From the UHGV virus genome UHGV-1353844: a stretch of 64,000 nt of DNA; one strand, written 5' to 3'. This document shows positions 35,575 to 45,250 of this stretch, piece by piece (position 1 is the first letter of the stretch; every line of letters starts with the position of its first letter). This DNA is from a virus. Position numbers and translations under genes: made by a program. The notes under the pieces were generated by a model. The model saw nothing but the letters and a program-made list of their open reading frames with translations. It was not told the DNA's origin and made no database searches.

Positions 35575-36945
35575 TTAATCCCTCGAATATCTTAAAAGCA
35601 GATACACCATCGGAATGTAATAGAACTGTGCGTCTTTCGGGAGCTTATAAACTTCCTCAAACAGTTTTAACGCAATTACCGACGGTAGCGGACGTTTATG
35701 CAGGTACAAGTACAAGCCGTATTCCAACAACGAACTGTAAGAACCGTCGTAGAACGTCTCGCTCAGCAAATACGGTTTAAAGGACAGCGGTAGGAAGGCC
35801 GGAATAGACTCCCCTTCGTTCCCACGATAGTTTTCAACTTCAACCGGTTCAAACGGTTTCCATTCTGGCCACTGACCGGGAAAACGTTGCGCCATCCCGT
35901 AACCTGGCTTTAACTCTTCCGTAAAGAACCGGGTATCAGAGATCAATGACCACGTTACCGAGTTACGATGTTGCATCGTACGGAAAGTTTTCGTTTGCCA
36001 CACCGTGCTGTCACGTTTGTAATCTGCTAAGAACGTTGGCGACTGTTGCAGCAGCGCTGTCCACACCGTTTCAATGTCTTCCACGTTCATCGGTGGATGC
36101 GGATAAATCTGAATATCCTTACCTACGGTACGTAACCCCAGCGCGCGCACAAACAGCGCTAAGAACACGTCGTAGTAAGCACGGCTACGCAAACCGTCGC
36201 TGTGACGATCGTGTGGGAACAACAACGTGGCCGTTTCACCGTCGTAGAAACGTTTCACATACGTCTGTTCAATGTCTTCAATCGCGTCAACGACTTCCAG
36301 GAACGCACGGTACTCTTTCGGTGTGAGAAGTGTATCACCACCTGTCCAGGCACGCTCTGCAACGTAGTAGTATTCACGTACGGTACAACGACGAATCGTT
36401 TCTGCGGTTTCTGGGTCAACTTCGAAAAGTAACGTGTATTCGATGTTGTACGTCGCGACTTTGTTATTCGACATACGCACAACGTTGGTAACGTTAAACA
36501 ACGCAAAACGACCGTCACCGATAGGGGCGATGAAAAAGCAACCCTCGTTAGGGATAATCGAGTTTGCAATTGTTGCAGCGCCTGACATGCTGAACGTTTT
36601 GTTCGTGGTGTCTTGGCTGCGATCGAGTGGTGTCGTTACACGCAGTTCCAACCCGATGATTTTCTCTACCTGTTGGTCAGGTGTAAGCACTTTCGAATCG
36701 AAAAACTTCTTGGCGTCGTTTCTTCCTTTCAGGAAGTTAAAGAAGTCCACCGTCCACGCTGACCCTTCCAGATACTTCATTAGGTATTGCTTTGGAATAC
36801 GGTCTAAATCAGTAACGGTAGTGCGTGTAGGTTGCGTAACGATGTTGGTGGTTTCTTTTACGCCGTCCTGGGGTTTATTTAATTCGGGGATAGGCCGGTC
36901 TACAGGTTCAAATGTTGACGGCTTATCACGCTTCGCTTTGAGCAT
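35575..36945 (-). CDS. hypothetical protein (456 aa)
   Basis: ORF track. Confidence 0.6.
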   Translation of the reverse strand: MLKAKRDKPSTFEPVDRPIPELNKPQDGVKETTNIVTQPTRTTVTDLDRIPKQYLMKYLEGSAWTVDFFNFLKGRNDAKKFFDSKVLTPDQQVEKIIGLELRVTTPLDRSQDTTNKTFSMSGAATIANSIIPNEGCFFIAPIGDGRFALFNVTNVVRMSNNKVATYNIEYTLLFEVDPETAETIRRCTVREYYYVAERAWTGGDTLLTPKEYRAFLEVVDAIEDIEQTYVKRFYDGETATLLFPHDRHSDGLRSRAYYDVFLALFVRALGLRTVGKDIQIYPHPPMNVEDIETVWTALLQQSPTFLADYKRDSTVWQTKTFRTMQHRNSVTWSLISDTRFFTEELKPGYGMAQRFPGQWPEWKPFEPVEVENYRGNEGESIPAFLPLSFKPYLLSETFYDGSYSSLLEYGLYLYLHKRPLPSVIALKLFEEVYKLPKDAQFYYIPMVYLLLRYSRD

Positions 36946-38434
36946 TCTCTGTCCCTCGCATGGTAATCACGGTCGAGTTCAGCACCGTCAGCAAGACACG
37001 GGCTTCTACGTTAGGAATCAGTTTATTAATGTCGTCGACAACACTAGGCGGTAATACGGGTTTATCCCACCACCAGTCCGGTACATCCCATTTCGGGAAT
37101 AACCATTCTATCAACACCTTCGCAGCTTTAGGATAGAGCTGGAGTGGCCACAGGTTCATCCCTCGCCAGTCGAACATCACCGATTCGGTTAGGTAGTAAC
37201 TCTTGTTAACTTTTAAATCACGTCCTTTCAAAAAGAAGGTATTGTCTTCCCAATGATAGAAACGCGGTTCGATGATTTGTCCTTCTTCGAACAGCTCCAC
37301 ACGGAAGACACCTGTCTGTCCGGTAGGGTCTATTGCACGACAGTGTTCGATATACGGCAACAAATCTGGATTCCACTCGTACGGTAAATCCTCCACAGAT
37401 AACACTTTCGGTGAGCTCATGTTGTCTTCATCGAATACAACGTCTGTGCCGAAAACGTGTAAGAGTTTATCTTTTAACGGGGAATGTGTACGGTGGAACT
37501 GTTCTGTCGGTGACAGTAGATACGGTAAACGAATATACTGACGAGTTTCGTTAATCCACCACGTTGAATCGAGATTCTTTTGTTGCGGATGACGATACAC
37601 CAGTTCTTCGTTAGACACCCACGGTGGATCTATCTCTGGCCAGTATTCATCAGGGAGCGGTGTCTGGTTGATGATATACGGATACGAAACCACAATCTCT
37701 TCAGGACGTTGATAAGAGAAACGCACGACGAATGTAGCTTCCCAGTGGTTCTCGTCTTTATCCCAGGCAGGTGTCTGAACGTCGTATACAGTCTCTAAGC
37801 GAGTAGGTGCATAGCGAACCGCAATAGATTCCTGTCCACCGGCAACGTTAGCAGCGCGAAACACGTCTGGTGTAAAGTACGCCTTGAGATAGGCTTTAAA
37901 ATCGTCAAACGTCGGTACACGTGTCCCTGCGGCGACATAACAGGCATTCAACAGTTTCAGTGCTGGCTTCGGAATATAATAAAACGCTTCTGACTCGGTC
38001 ATGGTCGAATAACGACCCATGTCCACTAACGAGTCCAAACGGTTTGTCCAGCGCAATAACTCATCGCGTGAGGCACTGGTACGTCGTAACGTTACCGTTA
38101 CGTTATACATCGTTCTAACGGGCCAGGCGCGTACCTGATCGACGGAGTTTTCAAAGAAGTACGGTTCGGCTTGCTGACCAACCTGACGATTGATTCTGGC
38201 CCACTCATCGCGTTCTTCTTCTACTTCAACATACACCTTTTCAGGCGAGCTGTACTCAACTTCTGTACCGTCGCCTAACGTGGAATCGGGTTGATGTGCG
38301 CTATTGAATTCATCAAGGAAAACAACCGCTGCTTTATCAATACCTGATTCATTAAGTACACGTTGTATAACGCCATCGATTATCGGTTTGCGAATGGTCG
38401 CGTCTAACGACGGAATTTCAAAATACTGTTGCAT
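36926..38434 (-). CDS. hypothetical protein (502 aa)
   Basis: ORF track; overlaps downstream gene start by 20 nt. Confidence 0.6.
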   Translation of the reverse strand: MQQYFEIPSLDATIRKPIIDGVIQRVLNESGIDKAAVVFLDEFNSAHQPDSTLGDGTEVEYSSPEKVYVEVEEERDEWARINRQVGQQAEPYFFENSVDQVRAWPVRTMYNVTVTLRRTSASRDELLRWTNRLDSLVDMGRYSTMTESEAFYYIPKPALKLLNACYVAAGTRVPTFDDFKAYLKAYFTPDVFRAANVAGGQESIAVRYAPTRLETVYDVQTPAWDKDENHWEATFVVRFSYQRPEEIVVSYPYIINQTPLPDEYWPEIDPPWVSNEELVYRHPQQKNLDSTWWINETRQYIRLPYLLSPTEQFHRTHSPLKDKLLHVFGTDVVFDEDNMSSPKVLSVEDLPYEWNPDLLPYIEHCRAIDPTGQTGVFRVELFEEGQIIEPRFYHWEDNTFFLKGRDLKVNKSYYLTESVMFDWRGMNLWPLQLYPKAAKVLIEWLFPKWDVPDWWWDKPVLPPSVVDDINKLIPNVEARVLLTVLNSTVITMRGTENAQSEA

Positions 38435-38525
38435 TGGCTTGTTCCTTCGTTATAGTCATATCACAGGCGCGAAATGAAAAAAAAAAATAAAAGGGAACCG
38501 AAGTCCCCTTTTATGTTTATCTGTG

Positions 38526-38822
38526 CTATAACAGATAAGGTATACCCTCAAAGATAACCTCATCGTTAGCAAAGCCAACAGATGCTTCCTCGCCACCAGA
38601 TGTGGTCGCCCAGATTTCCGCCGCAAAACGATGATTATTAATCAACAATCCGCGTTTATTTTCGAACAACACGACCAAGACCAGCTTGATGCTTTTCTCG
38701 TAGTGTAAACGACGTAGAAACGCGTATTTTACGGGAGTACGGTTCCAAGTGAAACTGGCTATCTTCCCTTTCGCGACGCTGCCTAAAAAGAGTTTTTCTA
38801 AGGTTACAAACTCAGTTTCCAT
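38526..38822 (-). CDS. hypothetical protein (~98 aa)
   Basis: Track ORF (GTG at 38861) shortened to first ATG (M14); overlaps DHFR 3' end by ~11 nt. Confidence 0.45.
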   Translation of the reverse strand: METEFVTLEKLFLGSVAKGKIASFTWNRTPVKYAFLRRLHYEKSIKLVLVVLFENKRGLLINNHRFAAEIWATTSGGEEASVGFANDEVIFEGIPYLL

Positions 38823-39348
38823 CTCTTTTCCAAATCTGATAATGCCAACGCGGAATATCACTTTCTGGTTTCGAGCAGTGTGTTAAGTTATAAGTCAATT
38901 TAAACACGTCACGATCGATTTCAGGGAAGAACGCATCCGCGTCCTCTACCTTAACCTCAACACGAGACAAGTAAATCTTATCCGCATAAGGCATCGCCTG
39001 TTGGTAAATCTCTGCGCCGCCAATAATAAAGATTTCTTTCGGGTAATCTTTCTCCACGACTTCTTTCTTGAGAAACTCAATAACAGACCCCATGTCACCT
39101 TTAAGGTTCAACACACCGTCGATGTCAGGAACACCGCCTTGTTTTCGTGTTAAGATAACGTGGTGACGGTTCGGTAAGGGTTTATACCCCAACGACTCCC
39201 ACGTCTTACGTCCCATCACGATAACCTTACCTGACGTAAGAGCTTTGAAGTTCTTCAAGTCATCGGGAATATGCCAAGGGAGTTTATTGTCTTTCCCTAT
39301 TTCATTATTAAGTCCCGCTGCTGCAATCAAAGATACAGTAACTGTCAT
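38812..39348 (-). CDS. folA: dihydrofolate reductase
   Basis: DHFR motifs LIAAAGLNNEIGKDNKLPW, VIVMGRKTWESLG, LPNRHHVILTR, IFIIGGAEIY; start overlaps upstream stop (ATGA). Confidence 0.85.
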   Translation of the reverse strand: MTVTVSLIAAAGLNNEIGKDNKLPWHIPDDLKNFKALTSGKVIVMGRKTWESLGYKPLPNRHHVILTRKQGGVPDIDGVLNLKGDMGSVIEFLKKEVVEKDYPKEIFIIGGAEIYQQAMPYADKIYLSRVEVKVEDADAFFPEIDRDVFKLTYNLTHCSKPESDIPRWHYQIWKRDGN

Positions 39349-39650
39349 TTCACAACTCCCATCGACTTTCTTAATTTCCGAATAAATGCTTTACGTGTAA
39401 GCTGACTGGTTTTGTAACCGTCAGCAAGATGCCAAACGGTTACTTTTCGACCGGCCGCCTCTAAATGGAGATAATTAATCTCACCTGCCCCCGATTTAAT
39501 TGGTTCGGCGAGCGGTACCATCAGCTCACCGCTCCACTCAGGTTCGTTTAGCTTAGGGATAACTAAACGTAATTCGATACGTTTAACCTGGTACTCGGTT
39601 TCACACTCTTCAAAATGTATTACGTCTACTCGGTCGGCTCTCGGTTTCAT
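39345..39650 (-). CDS. hypothetical protein (101 aa)
   Basis: ORF track; translationally coupled to DHFR gene. Confidence 0.5.
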   Translation of the reverse strand: MKPRADRVDVIHFEECETEYQVKRIELRLVIPKLNEPEWSGELMVPLAEPIKSGAGEINYLHLEAAGRKVTVWHLADGYKTSQLTRKAFIRKLRKSMGVVK

Positions 39651-39651
39651 C

Positions 39652-40203
39652 TTAACCTTCCATGTATTGTCTTATTCCGTACTCTGGTTCAATGTTCGAG
39701 ATAGTTGAAGAAGGCACCACGGACAACTGGTTATAGATTTTCAGTAAGTCGTCACGCAGCAGTTTCTGCTCAATATCCAGTTTGTAGGAAGCCAATTCTT
39801 TCGTTAACGGCGCAGTTAACACAACTCGGGTCTGGTATCCGTCGAACGGTTGCGGAACACGGAGACCACGAGCACGATAGAAAGATTCTAACTTCGAGTA
39901 GTCACGAATATACGTTTTGGTTAGAATCGAGTAGCCCGCATCAAGCATGAACTTATAGAACGGTTTAAGTTCAATAAAACGATTATACTCGAGATGCTCT
40001 GGAATATAGAACTGATAGTTACCGTACTCAAGAACTGACAACGCCGAACCGTTGCAATGACTGTTGTTAACGAATATCGCTAAGCCAATCATAACTGGGC
40101 GTGGAATATTCAGAACTTTCTCACCGAACTGAACACGAAAGATTTCTTGCTGAATAGAAGACTCGGATACGATTTTAGCGTCTAAGATATTAAATTTGTT
40201 CAT
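39652..40203 (-). CDS. hypothetical protein (183 aa)
   Basis: ORF track; terminator 40232-40253 upstream of its start region. Confidence 0.55.
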   Translation of the reverse strand: MNKFNILDAKIVSESSIQQEIFRVQFGEKVLNIPRPVMIGLAIFVNNSHCNGSALSVLEYGNYQFYIPEHLEYNRFIELKPFYKFMLDAGYSILTKTYIRDYSKLESFYRARGLRVPQPFDGYQTRVVLTAPLTKELASYKLDIEQKLLRDDLLKIYNQLSVVPSSTISNIEPEYGIRQYMEG

Positions 40204-40231
40204 TTCTATTCTCCTAAAGGTCGAAAAAATA

Positions 40232-40253
40232 AAAGCCCTCCGTAGAGGGCTTT
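40232..40253 (-). terminator. intrinsic terminator (UACG loop)
   Basis: AAAGCCCTC-cgta-GAGGGCTTT; A-run upstream. Confidence 0.55.
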
Positions 40254-40257
40254 GTAT

Positions 40258-40899
40258 TTAAATGGATGCAGCGAATTGTTTTACAGACGCAGCCATCGAA
40301 CCATTAAACAGGACGAATGTACACTCCTCTTCATGGTCCTTACTATAAATCAATGGTAGGATTTTAAAGCTATCCATAGGTCCTTCACTTATTTCTAACA
40401 CACGTGGAATAGAGCGCATCTCTTCGAAAAGTTCAACAATCGTTTCCATAACCGCTTCTGCCGAATCCTTCGCGATTTCAAACAGTAAATCTTTCTGTTT
40501 CGGCGCGATTAAATGGAAGAAACATACGGCGACGAATCTTCCGTTATCTTTCTCACACAACGCAACATGGGCATCAGTAAACGCATGATATTTTTCACCA
40601 CTGAATTCGCGCATACCGACATCACCGTCTGTACGTGGATTAGCCATCTGTTTTGAGAAAGCTTCTAATTTTTCGCTGTCGATTTCTTTAAAGACGAACT
40701 CACGAGAGTTAACGGTTAGAGATTCTTTCTCTAACCCTTCAAATTTCTTGTCGTAAGACAAACGTAGCCAAGTAGAAATAGCAACCACTTCTACAGGATT
40801 TAAATCCAGCTCTTTGGCATTTGGAGCAACTAAGGTCGCGCCTTTGCTTTCTAAAGTTACAACACTATCAACAAAATCAGTTAAATTAATGCGGCTCAT
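40258..40899 (-). CDS. hypothetical protein (~213 aa), downstream of early-promoter-like element
   Basis: Track ORF shortened to M20 (MSRINLTDF...) with AGGAG RBS; conserved element 40923-40990 upstream. Confidence 0.6.
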   Translation of the reverse strand: MSRINLTDFVDSVVTLESKGATLVAPNAKELDLNPVEVVAISTWLRLSYDKKFEGLEKESLTVNSREFVFKEIDSEKLEAFSKQMANPRTDGDVGMREFSGEKYHAFTDAHVALCEKDNGRFVAVCFFHLIAPKQKDLLFEIAKDSAEAVMETIVELFEEMRSIPRVLEISEGPMDSFKILPLIYSKDHEEECTFVLFNGSMAASVKQFAASI

Positions 40900-40922
40900 G
40901 TTATTTCTCCTAAACGTAATAA

Positions 40923-40990
40923 ACAAGTCGTAAAAAAGATTACGATGTAATCTCACTAAGGTAATATATATCTGAAATTATTTTTAATCG
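40923..40990 (-). promoter_or_regulatory. conserved early-promoter-like element, copy 2
   Basis: Near-identical to copy 1; minus-strand core TATATATTAC; same palindrome; upstream of gene starting at 40899. Confidence 0.55.
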
Positions 40991-41009
40991 AAAAAAAAAG
41001 AAAAAGAAA

Positions 41010-41030
41010 TCACCCCGCGATGCGGGGTGA
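41010..41030 (-). terminator. intrinsic terminator after head-protein paralog 1
   Basis: TCACCCCGC-gat-GCGGGGTGA preceded by long A-run. Confidence 0.55.
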
Positions 41031-41052
41031 TTCTACGCTAAATAATCAACGA

Positions 41053-42315
41053 TTATTTAGACTTTTCGTACGCTGCGATACCGGCGCTGATATAACCGTT
41101 AACACCGCTAACCAGGTTTTTCTGAGTAGAAGCAACAACCTTCTCGCACAGGGATACTGCGCCGCGAATGCTGTTAACATAGCGACGTGCAACACGTACG
41201 CCTTCAGTCAGTTCTGGTTTTTCATCGATCTTAACGTTATCGATTTCTTTCAGCAGTTTCTCGATAGACTGAGCGAACTTCTCACGAGCCTGCTCGGTCT
41301 TACGGTATTCGAGAACGTTCTTCTCAATCTGTTTGCCCAGATCGGTGAAGAAGCTGTTCAGTTTAGCCAGTTCGCTTACAGACGGAGTTTTCACGCTGGT
41401 TTCAACAGAGTTTTCTGCTTCAACGTGAGTGAAGCTAAAGCCACCATCTTCATCGAAGTGGGTCTGCATAACCATGTTGCCCAGACGGAATTCTTTGTCG
41501 CCGTCTTCTTTAGAAAGCGCAGCAAATTCAGCACGCAGTTGCTCAGCCTGAACACCATTAGCTTTGGATACGCCTGCAACCAGAGCGGTACCAGAAGCCA
41601 GCAGTGTCGGAACGTGTTTGCTGTAGAAAGAAGAAACACGGCTCATCGCGTCTTTCAGGCGCGGTACATCGTTACCAACGAATTTACCGTCAACTGACAG
41701 GCACTTGATGAAACCACCAGAGATTTCATCTTTCTTCTGTTTGCCCAGCTTACGAATAGCTTCGTCGTATTTCTTCGCACGACCCTGGATAGATTTACCC
41801 TGGTTGTGGAATTTCAGCCAACGATCTTTCAGTTTGCGGCCTTGCTCTTTCAGCCATTCCCAGAAACGTTTCAGGAAGGCTTTAATGTCATCCCACAGGG
41901 ATTCACGAGCAACCTGACGACGGTTACGAGCGCCGTAGGATTCGTGAGCGACGGAGGAACGGTGTTCGAAGTTCCAGCGAGAACGGATAGATTCCTGAGC
42001 AACATCCAGCGCTTTAGCAGCGTCGTCCGGCATGTCTTCTTCAGCATCCATCGGGTCTTCGCCATCTTCAGCACCTTCGCCGTCAGCGGAAGCCTGAGCT
42101 TCGTCCAGAACGTCCAGCTGCGCATCGGTTTCGTCGCCGTCTTCCGCCAGCAGCTCTGCGTCAGCGTCCAGCGCTTCGATCGGTTTAGTGTCGTGCTCGA
42201 TATCAGCCAGAGTACCTTCGATAGACTCTGCTGGCAGCTCAATACCATCTGGAACGACAGTAGAGTTCGCTTCCATTGACTCACGAGCAATTTTGTTTTT
42301 GTAGAAATTCGCCAT
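41053..42315 (-). CDS. abundant virion (head) protein candidate, paralog 1 (420 aa)
   Basis: Strong optimal-codon bias; acidic N-terminal region with repeated A-x-E|S motifs (ARES, AQES, AHES); conserved termini MANFxK... / ...AGIAAYEKSK shared with paralog 2. Confidence 0.6.
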   Translation of the reverse strand: MANFYKNKIARESMEANSTVVPDGIELPAESIEGTLADIEHDTKPIEALDADAELLAEDGDETDAQLDVLDEAQASADGEGAEDGEDPMDAEEDMPDDAAKALDVAQESIRSRWNFEHRSSVAHESYGARNRRQVARESLWDDIKAFLKRFWEWLKEQGRKLKDRWLKFHNQGKSIQGRAKKYDEAIRKLGKQKKDEISGGFIKCLSVDGKFVGNDVPRLKDAMSRVSSFYSKHVPTLLASGTALVAGVSKANGVQAEQLRAEFAALSKEDGDKEFRLGNMVMQTHFDEDGGFSFTHVEAENSVETSVKTPSVSELAKLNSFFTDLGKQIEKNVLEYRKTEQAREKFAQSIEKLLKEIDNVKIDEKPELTEGVRVARRYVNSIRGAVSLCEKVVASTQKNLVSGVNGYISAGIAAYEKSK

Positions 42316-42331
42316 TTTAAGCTTTCCTCTA

Positions 42332-42352
42332 AGGGGAGCGTTTCGCTCCCCT
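42332..42352 (-). other. stem-loop between the two head-protein paralogs
   Basis: AGGGGAGCG-ttt-CGCTCCCCT; no clear U-tract, possibly a processing or attenuation site. Confidence 0.4.
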
Positions 42353-42395
42353 GATGATTTATTTCAAGAACTGTTCGGAACCGTAAACCTAAGTA

Positions 42396-43667
42396 TTACT
42401 TAGATTTTTCGTAAGCACCGATACCAGCACCCAGGTAACCGTTCAAACCGCTAATTACGGTGTTAGCAACATAACTAACGGCACGGTTCAGGGTCTGGTA
42501 GTTCTTAACAGACTGGTCAGCAGCTTGGCGTGCATTACGCAGACCATCCCACTTGCTTTCGTCTTTTTCGCTGTTCAGCGCGTTAGCAGCTTTCTCAGCG
42601 GCCTGTTGCAGTTTTGCAATCTCTGCATCGTAAGCACGGAAGTCTTTCAGTACAGCTTCGAAGCCTTTACCGATAGATTCCAGAGAAGAAGCAGCGCCAG
42701 CCATTTCAGAAACAGACGGAGTTTTCACGTCTTTATCGTCAGAGGCATCGCCAGTGCTCATGAATGCAACAGCGGTAAATTTGTGACCGCCAGCCAGTTC
42801 TTTAGTACCGGACTGAACGTATGCGTTACCCGGCAGAGCCAGAAGTTTGGACGCATCGCCGTTTTCAAAGTTCGGCAGGTTATGCAGTTTAGAAGCTGCT
42901 TTACCGAACAGTTCTACCGGCTGATCGCCACGCATTGCTTTGAATGCTTCGTCATCGCCTTTGGTTACAGCAGTAACAGCTTCACCAGCTTGTTTTTCCA
43001 GTGCGCTGATAGCACCTTTAGCTTTACCAGAGGTTACTTCTTTCGCGATAGCGATAGAGCCAGCTGCATCGAATTTACCTTCAATGGACAGCTTAGTAAT
43101 GAAACCACCGGAGATGGTATCATTTTTCTGTTTGCCCAGCTTGCGCAGCATTTCCTGATATTTCTTCGCACGTTTCTGTGCGGTCTTACCGACGTTGAAA
43201 TATTTCAGTTTCAGGTCTTTGATCTTCGCAATCACTTCTTTACAGAACTGAATGAAACGCTCGTAAAGACCTTTCAGGGTTTCTTTCCAGCCTTCCTGCG
43301 CAGCAGCAGTCATGCCACGGCCACGGCGATAGGATTCGCGAGCCAGTTTGGTGCGTTCCAGGTTCCAACGACGTGCGATGGATTCCTGAGCCACTTCTTG
43401 CAGGGCAACCGCTTCTTCCGGCATTTCTTCACCGTTAGCAACGGCTTCTTCCGCCTGATCGATAGCGTCTTCAGTACGCTCAGTATCGGCGGCCAGAGTT
43501 TCACCGTCGGTTTCCAGCTGTTCGAGCTGACCGTCGATAGAGGCTACGTCTGCAAGCTGGACGTCCAGGTTCTCTTCTGCCGGTTCAACGTTGCTGATAC
43601 CGTCGATTACTTCATCGGCCGCTTCCATTGATTCACGAGCGGCGCGAGTTTTTGCGAAATTTGCCAT
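42396..43667 (-). CDS. abundant virion (head) protein candidate, paralog 2 (423 aa)
   Basis: Same architecture and termini as paralog 1; AAGGAAA RBS; palindrome GGTTATATAACC upstream. Confidence 0.6.
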   Translation of the reverse strand: MANFAKTRAARESMEAADEVIDGISNVEPAEENLDVQLADVASIDGQLEQLETDGETLAADTERTEDAIDQAEEAVANGEEMPEEAVALQEVAQESIARRWNLERTKLARESYRRGRGMTAAAQEGWKETLKGLYERFIQFCKEVIAKIKDLKLKYFNVGKTAQKRAKKYQEMLRKLGKQKNDTISGGFITKLSIEGKFDAAGSIAIAKEVTSGKAKGAISALEKQAGEAVTAVTKGDDEAFKAMRGDQPVELFGKAASKLHNLPNFENGDASKLLALPGNAYVQSGTKELAGGHKFTAVAFMSTGDASDDKDVKTPSVSEMAGAASSLESIGKGFEAVLKDFRAYDAEIAKLQQAAEKAANALNSEKDESKWDGLRNARQAADQSVKNYQTLNRAVSYVANTVISGLNGYLGAGIGAYEKSK

Positions 43668-43726
43668 TTCGTTTATTTCCTTTGGTTATATAACCCAATT
43701 ACACGCCCCTAGAATGAGGGGCCCCC

Positions 43727-44287
43727 TTAGGGACGTGCGATTTTCAAAAACACTGCTAACGACGAGATCATGTCGGACAACCCGTTCGGGCGTGTCATCC
43801 AGCGTGCCAGCAGTTCATGGTCTGCATAAGATAAAAGACGTTTGCTACACTCAACAGACTGGTGAGCGGAACCCATATTACGTACAGTACCCCGGCGACC
43901 AAACGCAGCAGCAAGAAGACGCGCACCCAATGAGCCCGTCTGTTCAACGTTCTTCGTATTGCGAACATCATTCATGTACGACGACAGCAATACGGACCAC
44001 TGTCCTAACGTCACGGTGCGTCGTTTACCATCAAGCAGGAAGGCTACGCTTTCGTTATAAAACGTATTAAAGGTAAATCCGACCTGCGGATATTCGTCAT
44101 ATAATACCTGCTGCACAGAGTCAGCAGCGAACAGACGAAAATACGGTAATACAACCGCACACGCTTCCAGCGTTTTGTGAATAAGCTCGTCATCGTGTGT
44201 GTCGATTGGGTTTTTTGATAAAATCGACATATAGGTTTTAATGCGCTCTACGGCCACATTAAAATCGGGACTATCGTGCTCAAACAT
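43727..44287 (-). CDS. hypothetical protein (186 aa)
   Basis: ORF track. Confidence 0.55.
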   Translation of the reverse strand: MFEHDSPDFNVAVERIKTYMSILSKNPIDTHDDELIHKTLEACAVVLPYFRLFAADSVQQVLYDEYPQVGFTFNTFYNESVAFLLDGKRRTVTLGQWSVLLSSYMNDVRNTKNVEQTGSLGARLLAAAFGRRGTVRNMGSAHQSVECSKRLLSYADHELLARWMTRPNGLSDMISSLAVFLKIARP

Positions 44288-44304
44288 GAGGCTCTCCTAA
44301 CGGT

Positions 44305-45240
44305 TTACACTAAACCGTATTTCTTCTCAAGACGCTCACGCTTATGCTTGAGTTCCAACAGATGCTTTTCACTTAGCTCGATGAGTTTTTCGATATGCGC
44401 ATCTCCCTTACCTTCCGCTAATTGCTTTTTGTAAAGCAGGATACGCAACTCCGCAGCTTTCGCTGCTTCTACGCACTCGTCGTATTTATCCATCTGCCTT
44501 TCAGCAATATTCAAACGAACGCGAAGTACCAGTGAGATCGGGAACGGTACACTGCTCATTCCCAGCGGGTCAGTCGAGCCCGAACCGAACTGCTGAACCA
44601 ACTCACCGTAAGTTTCGTCGTTGAAAATCGCTTCTGGGATTTCAGCATAATCCGCTTTCAGTTTATTTACCGGCGTTGCCAAAACACGGATGGCGATGCA
44701 GTAAGAGACCGAACGAGTATTGAGGTATTGAAGGTCATTCGGACCGATGCCCTTCACTTCAATATTCGAGCCTTCAACAGCGGCAATCTCTTCTGCGGTA
44801 ACGTAGTTAAGTAACGTAGCACTGTAACCTGTGAAGAAATCAATCAGGTCAAGCAGTCTGAGCACCGTTAATTTATTAAACGTCATTGAAGACGTGACTA
44901 ACGATTTACCAATGTCACGCGCAATACATTGGTCTAAGAAAGAACGCAACTGCAACACGTTTTCCATCGAGGAAACGATGTACTCTAACATCGATGGATT
45001 GCGGAGACCTTTGGCTTCCAGACCGGAAGTCCGCAGGTAGTTAACCACTTCATCGGATATTTCTTGTACCGTTTTCGATTTAAACGGTTTGCCTTCTTTC
45101 GACGCTACCAGTTCTTGTAAAGACTGGAAACGTGGTAAAAGTTGTTCGCCAATTGCATCGCAGTTGGACGAAAGCTGATTTTTCAAGTTTGTTGCTTCAA
45201 AGCTCGGCAACAACATAGCGAGCATATTCGGGAATGCCAT
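44305..45240 (-). CDS. hypothetical protein (311 aa)
   Basis: ORF track. Confidence 0.55.
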   Translation of the reverse strand: MAFPNMLAMLLPSFEATNLKNQLSSNCDAIGEQLLPRFQSLQELVASKEGKPFKSKTVQEISDEVVNYLRTSGLEAKGLRNPSMLEYIVSSMENVLQLRSFLDQCIARDIGKSLVTSSMTFNKLTVLRLLDLIDFFTGYSATLLNYVTAEEIAAVEGSNIEVKGIGPNDLQYLNTRSVSYCIAIRVLATPVNKLKADYAEIPEAIFNDETYGELVQQFGSGSTDPLGMSSVPFPISLVLRVRLNIAERQMDKYDECVEAAKAAELRILLYKKQLAEGKGDAHIEKLIELSEKHLLELKHKRERLEKKYGLV

Positions 45241-45250
45241 GCCTTACCCC

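Noticed and set aside
42525-43631. 368-aa plus-strand ORF antisense to head-protein paralog 2, plus similar antisense ORFs (8099..8857, 41020..41697, 41806..42279)
   Set aside because: Same shadow-ORF artefact; the minus-strand frames carry the RBSs, terminators and paralogy.
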